This document shows positions 56,486 to 64,000 of a stretch of 64,000 bases of DNA, piece after piece (the first letter of the stretch is position 1; every line of letters starts with the position of its first letter). The stretch is from Octopus vulgaris (Eukaryota). Below the pieces are notes generated by a model. That model was not told the origin of the DNA and did not search any database. It saw only the letters and a program-made list of their open reading frames with translations. The stretch covers positions 81,096,001 to 81,160,000 of the forward strand of contig OX597822.1 of assembly GCA_951406725.2 (NCBI GenBank). The letters run 5' to 3'. The position numbers were made by a program, and so were the translations under genes.

Positions 56486-57503
56486 TGAAAATACCGTAGT
56501 TACTATTAGATTATTAGGTTTCGAAATTCCTTCAATAGGAATAAGCTATTCTACACGTTATTTCTATAGCTTTATCTGTTTCATGTTCCACGACTAAAAT
56601 GATTTATTTTTTATCTCTCGAAGTTTCTAAAAAAAAATTTTCGGTTAGCGTTCTGGTCAGAAAGCAATGCCGACGGCAGTTTATGAAGCAGTCGCTCCCT
56701 TCATATGTTTCCAATACCCATTTCTCTATTCCACGTTATCATATAAATGTTATAGACATTTTATGATTTGACATACTGAAATATTTGATCGTGCAAAATA
56801 CAGGGCAATGAGGCAGAAGGAATTGCCTACAGCGAAAATGAACTTACGGAATGCAAGCCGATAAGGTGTCACCAATAGTATAGTTTATCGATCAAGCGAT
56901 TTGGCTTTAAGTTTTAATCTAGGCGATGATCTAGAGCGCCACCTAAGTACTGATATATTTATTAGCCTTAAGCCAAGAAAGTCAAGTCACCTTGAAGATA
57001 TTAGCAATATTGAGAAATTGAAAATTGTAGGAATCAAGGTAGCTGAAATTGGTATACGTCAAGATTGGTGTGTGATGAAGCTGCGTTCTGAAAATAAATA
57101 ACTTCAATACATTTCTTTCTATAGATTTGGCTTTTCAATCTTTTTTTTTTTTCATCTTCCCCACCCATCCCCTTTTTTTTTGGCTATGAATCAATTTATG
57201 CTTCCTTCCTACATTATTTTTTAGAGAAGGTGTTTCCGAGTTTAAACAGCTTCGTATGTTGTAGCCATTATATAGAGACAAAATGTTGACAGTAATAGAG
57301 GTCGGTAGAATACTTTAACAAATCTTCTAGATTTGCAGATAGAATAGCTATTATCATATGTACGTGTGTATTTGTGTATTTGTGTATTTGTGTATTTGTG
57401 TACGTGTGCGTGGGTGTGGCTGTGAATAGTATTTATATGAGCGTTTTTGAGTATGTACACATCATATGTACGTATCGGTGTGTGAATTTATGCATACATA
57501 CAA

Positions 57504-57535
<32 letters not shown>

Positions 57536-57708
57536 TATACAGTATATAAATGTATATAACTATATCTACATGTATCATTATATGTACATATGTATATATG
57601 TATAAGTTATATGTACATAAATACATATATATATATGCATATACATATATACAAGCATGTATACATAAACATGCATATATATATATACAGACAGACAGAC
57701 AGACATAC

Positions 57709-57742
<34 letters not shown>

Positions 57743-57979
57743 TAATGCATATATATATAGATAGCTATATATATATACATATATATATATATATACAAAC
57801 AGACATATATATGTCTATGTGTGTAGCGAGTATACATATGTATGTATATCTGTATATATAAATAGACACATACATATATATATATGTGCTTGTATATATA
57901 CATATATACATTATATCTGTATGTATTCATATATATATGTATATATTTATATGTATATATATGTATATATATGTATATC

Positions 57980-58026
<47 letters not shown>

Positions 58027-58084
58027 CTATGTATATATATATATTTATATATATTATGTATATGCATACACACACACACACATA

Positions 58085-58157
<73 letters not shown>

Positions 58158-59313
58158 ACATACATTGCAGAGCCGTTCATAGCGTTATCAGCTGCTATTG
58201 ACTGTAAAACTGTGAACATATTATTTGACAACAAGATTTATAAGTAGAATAATTGTGTAGCAGCCATTTTTACACAGCACTGCAAGCAGCTGTGCATTTC
58301 ATAAATATGGTTAACTTATTGATTTGTAGCTTAGAAAGAAGGCCACAGATTTATACACGGATAAAACAAGAGAGAAACTGTGACGTTCATACATTTCTCC
58401 GATATATTTTAAGAAGCTTCACTGATAGCACACACGTGATATTTAGGAACGTCTATACATAGCCTTGTAAACAGAAATCTTTGCAGCTGCCATTAAAAGT
58501 TGTTTATAAGACGAAGTAAACTTTCGTTTTTCCAACACAATACAGCCATTAATCTTGCTATGTGCTGTTTTCTCATTGTATGTCTTCCACTGCTACTCTC
58601 CAACGCTTTCTGTGCCTCTCGACTACAAAGACATTCACCTCTTCGCTTTTCATTTTCCTTAGAGTTATCCGTTTGCCATTAGTTCTAAACACTTTACTTC
58701 AGTTTCTCCTACCTCGATCACAGTAATGAGTAGGAGCAGGTCTGGAAATTAACGACTATTTTGGCAAAATGCAGCGATGTTCCCAAATCCCTCTTCCTCA
58801 TAAGTAAATTACAAGACGAGTGAGCAACACTAAGATGATTTCATAAAATACATTCTGTTAATGTAATTTCTACGTTATTGTACACCTGATGCCACGTCAC
58901 GTGCAGCCAAATTTTCTTCGTATAACGTCCTATAACCTGAAAGCCGATGCAATCTGATGCAATCTGCATTCTTAAAATCAGACTAAATGGCGATGTCTTG
59001 AATGCTTTTCATCAGATTTCTTATATGACCAAAGACGACGCGGGTTAAATGACGACGGCAAGTTGATTTACCAAGTTATATTGTACGACGACGAACTCGT
59101 TACGTGATGCGCAAATATATAATACAAGTGAAGCCATGGATTTGTGGTAAAAATATTCGCTTCACAACGACGTATATTTCTGTTAGATCTCACAGTGTAA
59201 CAACAAGTTTTAATGTTTTCAACCATGCTGAAGACCCCAAGTTGACCAATGTTTTATAAGTGAAACGTAATATATGGAAACTGTAAAGAAGCCCGACCTG
59301 TATATTCATGCTA

Positions 59314-59347
<34 letters not shown>

Positions 59348-60149
59348 ATGTATGCGTTCGCATTGTTGCAAAATACAAAAATCGTTGTGAAAATATTTTA
59401 GAAATCCAGCAATTTTGTCATTGTTGTGTTGTCTTTTCATATTGCCCAATTCATTTTCTTTACCAGTTTTGATTGATTTCGTTATTATATCCGGTTTCAC
59501 TGAATTGTTATTTTGATTGAAAATTTCAGTCTTGATCACTTTCGCTATCTTATCCGGTTTCACTAAATTGTTATTCTTTTTTCAATTATGCTGCTGTGTC
59601 TATTGACTGTGTGGCAGACTCTGTCTGGGGGCACATATATTGTTATTTTTTCGCTGCTTTGGTTATTGTGTCTCTTATCTGTAAATTGTCATTAAGCTTT
59701 GAATTTTTTCCAGATCGATTCCTGGTCGATATAAATTGTTCTGTTAGAGTCGGCGTTTGCAGAACTTCATTATCATCTCCCTAATATTGCAATTACCCAG
59801 TTAGTAATTAAGCCCGTTTCTATCTACTATATTCCATTCTTTTGTTATTAACGTTATATCTCCTTATTTATTTAGCTCAGTCAGTTTATTTATCTTTGTT
59901 GCATATTTTGGCAGAGAAAATATTTTAGTTAGAGAAAATATTTCATTTTTACAGGGTCTCCGAGACATGTATGGGAGAAGTTATGCTGAATGCTGGCGAC
60001 AGAGAAAAATTCACCTAAGGCAACCATAGAACAAGTGGTGGTATAAAGTGAGAAGAAATATTAAGTCTAACGCAATTACTTTGTATTTCTTACAATACAC
60101 GAAAGAAATGTTTTGCAAAGCTTGAAAATATTATTTGCTGGAGGTTGTA

Positions 60150-60760
60150 GCTTTCTCAACATTTGTTTCTTTATTGTTGTCATATTCTTTGATTTCTTGT
60201 ACAGGTGTAGCTACCTTCAATCTCATTTGTATTGGTCAAGACATGTTTGGTAAAGAGTATTCAGAAAGTTTCGCTACATTTATCCCTACATTTAGGATGA
60301 AGAACAAAGCGAAAACAGCGATGCTTCTTTTTCTGGTTCTGTTTTGTATTATTGGTTTAATTTTGTAATTTTTATACGAATTTCAACATTTTGGAAAACA
60401 CCCCATTTTAAACCTTAACGCCGTTGCTTGGGTGAATATTGTAAACTTTACTCGGCATATATTCCTGACTAGGTTCTCTATAATTAAAAGTGAGAGGATA
60501 GGATGTTCTTTGATACAGAGTGACACTTTGTTATTTTATTAGAATAGTTTATTTTTTTGTACTTACGTTTACTGTTATCACCTGTTAATTAGATAGGTGT
60601 ATTGTTTTAGGCTTTGTACTTTAGAGAGTTGTTTTGCGCTCGGATTCCTTCAAAATATTTATTACTTCTTTGTTTCAGGCGTGTTTTGGGATATTACTAG
60701 GCCGTCATCGCCATAGTTTTCTCTTTTGAAGTGGTCAGCTATGTTGTTCGGTTTTTCCAA
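60150..60760 (-). mobile_element. Second, highly decayed Penelope-like RT/thumb remnant
   Basis: Minus strand: ENYGDDGLVI (cf. YRDDGL) at ~60700 and NRTRKRSI..F..FILNVGINVAK...SYTCTRN at ~60190-60340 (cf. RKR.I.WFNPPF..NV.TNV.K...SYSC). Confidence 0.55.
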
Positions 60761-60761
60761 G

Positions 60762-60842
<81 letters not shown>

Positions 60843-61530
60843 TGTGTGCGTTTCCGCTTTCTCTATTAATTCAGAATAATTTTGGCTGATCATCTGCTTG
60901 TTAGAAAAATTGTGAAAGAAAGCATTCTTATTATCCTTTAAATGCTAAGAATGTCTTGCAGATTTTCATTGTCCAAGATATTGTGATCATATGTACTGCG
61001 TGTATGTATGTATGTATGTATGTATGTATGTATGTATGTATGTATGTATGCATGTGTGTACGTATGTATGTATGGTTGTATGGATGGATTGATGGATGTG
61101 CATGTGTGTGTATGTATGTATATATGTATACATGTATGCATGCTTGTATGTATATATGTATGTGTGTATGTATGTATGTGAGTGTGCGTATGTGTGTGTA
61201 TGTATGTATGTATGTGTGTACATGTGTGTGTGCGCATGTGTATCTGTGCGTATGTGTGTATGTATGTATAATCTCATTTATTTTCGTGCCTTCACATTAT
61301 TATTGCATTGCATGCTAAACTCGAAACCTTTCCACTTTGTTTGTTCAAAACGAATCAACGTATAATACAAGGAGTTTTCTAAACGGTTGTTAATGGAGGT
61401 AAATATTTTTAAAAGGCACAACATTTTTATTGGAAGGAGTTTTAGCATTTCTGAACAGAAAACTAATGTCGAATTGCGAGGGTGTATACAACTTATGTTT
61501 TTGAATCTGTTGAAGATGAGCATGTTGTTC

Positions 61531-61571
<41 letters not shown>

Positions 61572-61994
61572 TGTCGCTTGCTTAACGGATAAAAATTGGT
61601 CTGGCATAAAATGCAGAGAACAAAATAAATCTATTTTAAAAACCTAGTCGGAAAAAGAAACAGTGTAAATATCCGTTGACGTATAGCAACAATAACTCAC
61701 AGCAGAGTGAGCTAAAAGTTAGATCGACCAGAAAATAGAATGCGACTAATGAAATTATCAAAGAAATGGATGGATCACAATTTTGAGACATTGGGTAAAA
61801 TATTCAAAGAAGGTGCGAAAATGTTGTGACGTGAGACACAATCAATGTTTAGTCAAGTAACAGCAAATTTAATAATCCATCGAAATTGGATATAATAACA
61901 AAGTCGATTAATGCAAAAAACAATCGATGAGATGGCCAATTAAAAGTGACAGCACGAAAGTTTTCACAAATACACTACTTACGGAGATAATATT

Positions 61995-62208
61995 GCTCTC
62001 AAATTTTGACACAAGGCCAACAATTCTATGGGGTGGGGGCTTGTCAATGACATCTACCTCAGGACTCAACTGGTACTTACTCTATTGAAACTCGAAAGGA
62101 CGAAAGGTTAAAGACCACCTAAGTCGAATTTGAACTCTGAACGTAAACACGGACGAAATGCAGCAGAGCATTTTTTCCGGTTTGCTAACGATTCTGCCAG
62201 CCCACCGC
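61995..62208 (-). mobile_element. SINE family A copy (degenerate)
   Basis: CTGGTACTTAC...GAAAGGACGAAAGG...GAATTTGAACTCTGAACG...GCTAACGATTCTGCCAGC. Confidence 0.75.
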
Positions 62209-64000
62209 TGCGCTTACGTAATATTTACAGCCATCCAATGAACAACAGGTTTTATACATAAACAAACCGTGAGAGAATTCTTTTGGGATCCTTCTATTAC
62301 TTTCCATTGTTAATCGCCATATTTCACTGAGTTTATATATAAGCAGTGATATTTGGTTAGAGTTCCATTTTCGGTATCTGCGGATGAAGATACTGTACCC
62401 GTTTTTTTTCTGCTACGTGAGTCAGAAACACGAGATTGTTTAAGAAGATATACTTAATATACATATTTATATATTTACATTAATATTAAGAAATGATTAC
62501 ATTTCTTTGTGTGCATAGACTTTAGTAATCATTATATTTCATTATATTATTGCTTTAAATATGAATTTATTTCACGTCTACTGAACTATGTTAAGATGTT
62601 TTATGGGAAACGAGTACTATATTTACAAGATATATATTTCCGTTATTATTTTATACACACATACCTACAGGCACACTCCTAACACTAACATAACCCCAAG
62701 CACGCACACACACACACTATATGTATGTATGTTTATATCTATGTATACATATGTTTATATACGGAAAGGTATACGTACACAGTCAAACACACTCTCTCTT
62801 TCACACACAAACCCATACGTGTATGTGTATGTTCGCATGCGTGTGTATGTATGTAAATGTATATTATGCAAACTTTCATTTTTGTAGCTGCGTAGATGTT
62901 TGTCTTCCTGAAACGACTGGCTGTCAGTTTTATTGATAGACTTATTTATCTGGAAAGAATGACAAAGAAATAAATAAGAAGCATCATGATCTGATAAAAT
63001 CTAATTATTTATTCATGAACGGGAGGTGTGAAAAAATAATAATCTATTATCAATTTTCTCTAATAACTGTCCCTGGATGAAAGCAATTTAAAATATTTAA
63101 ATATTATTCTAGATTCATAAGAAAAGATAACATGAGGTTGAAGTGAAGAAGTTATGTGAACACTTGATAAGAAATAAATGGTTTAAAAGAATGTGAGTGG
63201 GGTTATGATGTTTCTATAGCCAAAATGGCAGCTTCGCAACTGTCCAGTAAATTGAGCTGCTAGTATGAAGTTACTCAGAGTATAAATATGTTAAAGACTC
63301 TATCTACATAATAAAACAAGAAAGTGCTAGCCCTTGCCCAGCAGTTACTGGACATGATTATCTCCCCTTTTTGGCATATACTTCAAGTCTAGAGACACAA
63401 AATAAAATTTAAACCCTACATTCGATGTGTATGCTCGCAAATGTTTCCTCTATCCACAGGACTCCGATTAATGCCTTGGGAATAAATTTAGTCGATGCAA
63501 GCCGTTACATGTGTGTAGGGGTGGAGGTGTCTTTGTGTTTATCCCACAACCCCGCTTTACAACCGGTGTAAGTTTCTATATGTCCTCATGATTAACAGTT
63601 CAGCGAAAGAAACCAAAACCAATAACTTAGTACCACACTTATAAAACATAAATGCCGGAGTCAGTTTGTTTGACTAAACCCGCTAAAGCTGTGCTCCGGC
63701 AGGGCCGTAGTCCAATCACTTAAACAAATAAACGAAGAAACATCTGCTAAATTTACATCAAAAGTGACATCGACAAGGGTTTTAACTCACGTCGAAGAGG
63801 ATTGCGTTGTTGAGCTACAGCCCTTTATCTTGATAATTTACGACCTCTTTATCTGCCTTGACAATGTGGTCGACCAACACGAACCGTCAGCACAGCCCCA
63901 TTAAAGAGAATATGGAAAGTGAGGTCTAACTCGGAAAATCGAGCAATATGGCCACACATTCTGATTAGGCATACCCGAATCATACAAGCAACAGAGAGCA

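Overview
AT-rich eukaryotic DNA saturated with microsatellites ((TA)n, (CA)n, (TAGA)n, (TACA)n, (ATT)n, (TAG)n). I found no convincing host protein-coding exon, so the window is probably intronic or intergenic, and most ORFs in the track are simple-repeat artefacts. The recurring tRNA-derived SINE families resemble those I recall from Octopus/coleoid cephalopods (recognition only, not searched). Transposon content: about five SINE families (>30 copies), 3' ends of a Tx1/L1-like LINE (one fresh copy with a 14-bp TSD in a GATA microsatellite), CR1-like RT fragments, a Tc1/mariner remnant, a non-autonomous Helitron and two decayed Penelope-like elements (PLEs; RT + GIY-YIG). The main signal is a PLE / hammerhead-ribozyme system. 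Five type I hammerhead motifs are readable (3787-3869, 4727-4833, 5231-5337, 6010-6116, 42775-42869). Three lie in a non-coding ~492-504 bp tandem-plus-inverted array that looks like a retrozyme, and one lies in the 3' repeat of the coding PLE. Many (TA)n-flanked fold-back elements are also present, several sharing a 16-nt motif, TTTTGRCTGYTATTTC. All calls were made by eye and boundaries are approximate.
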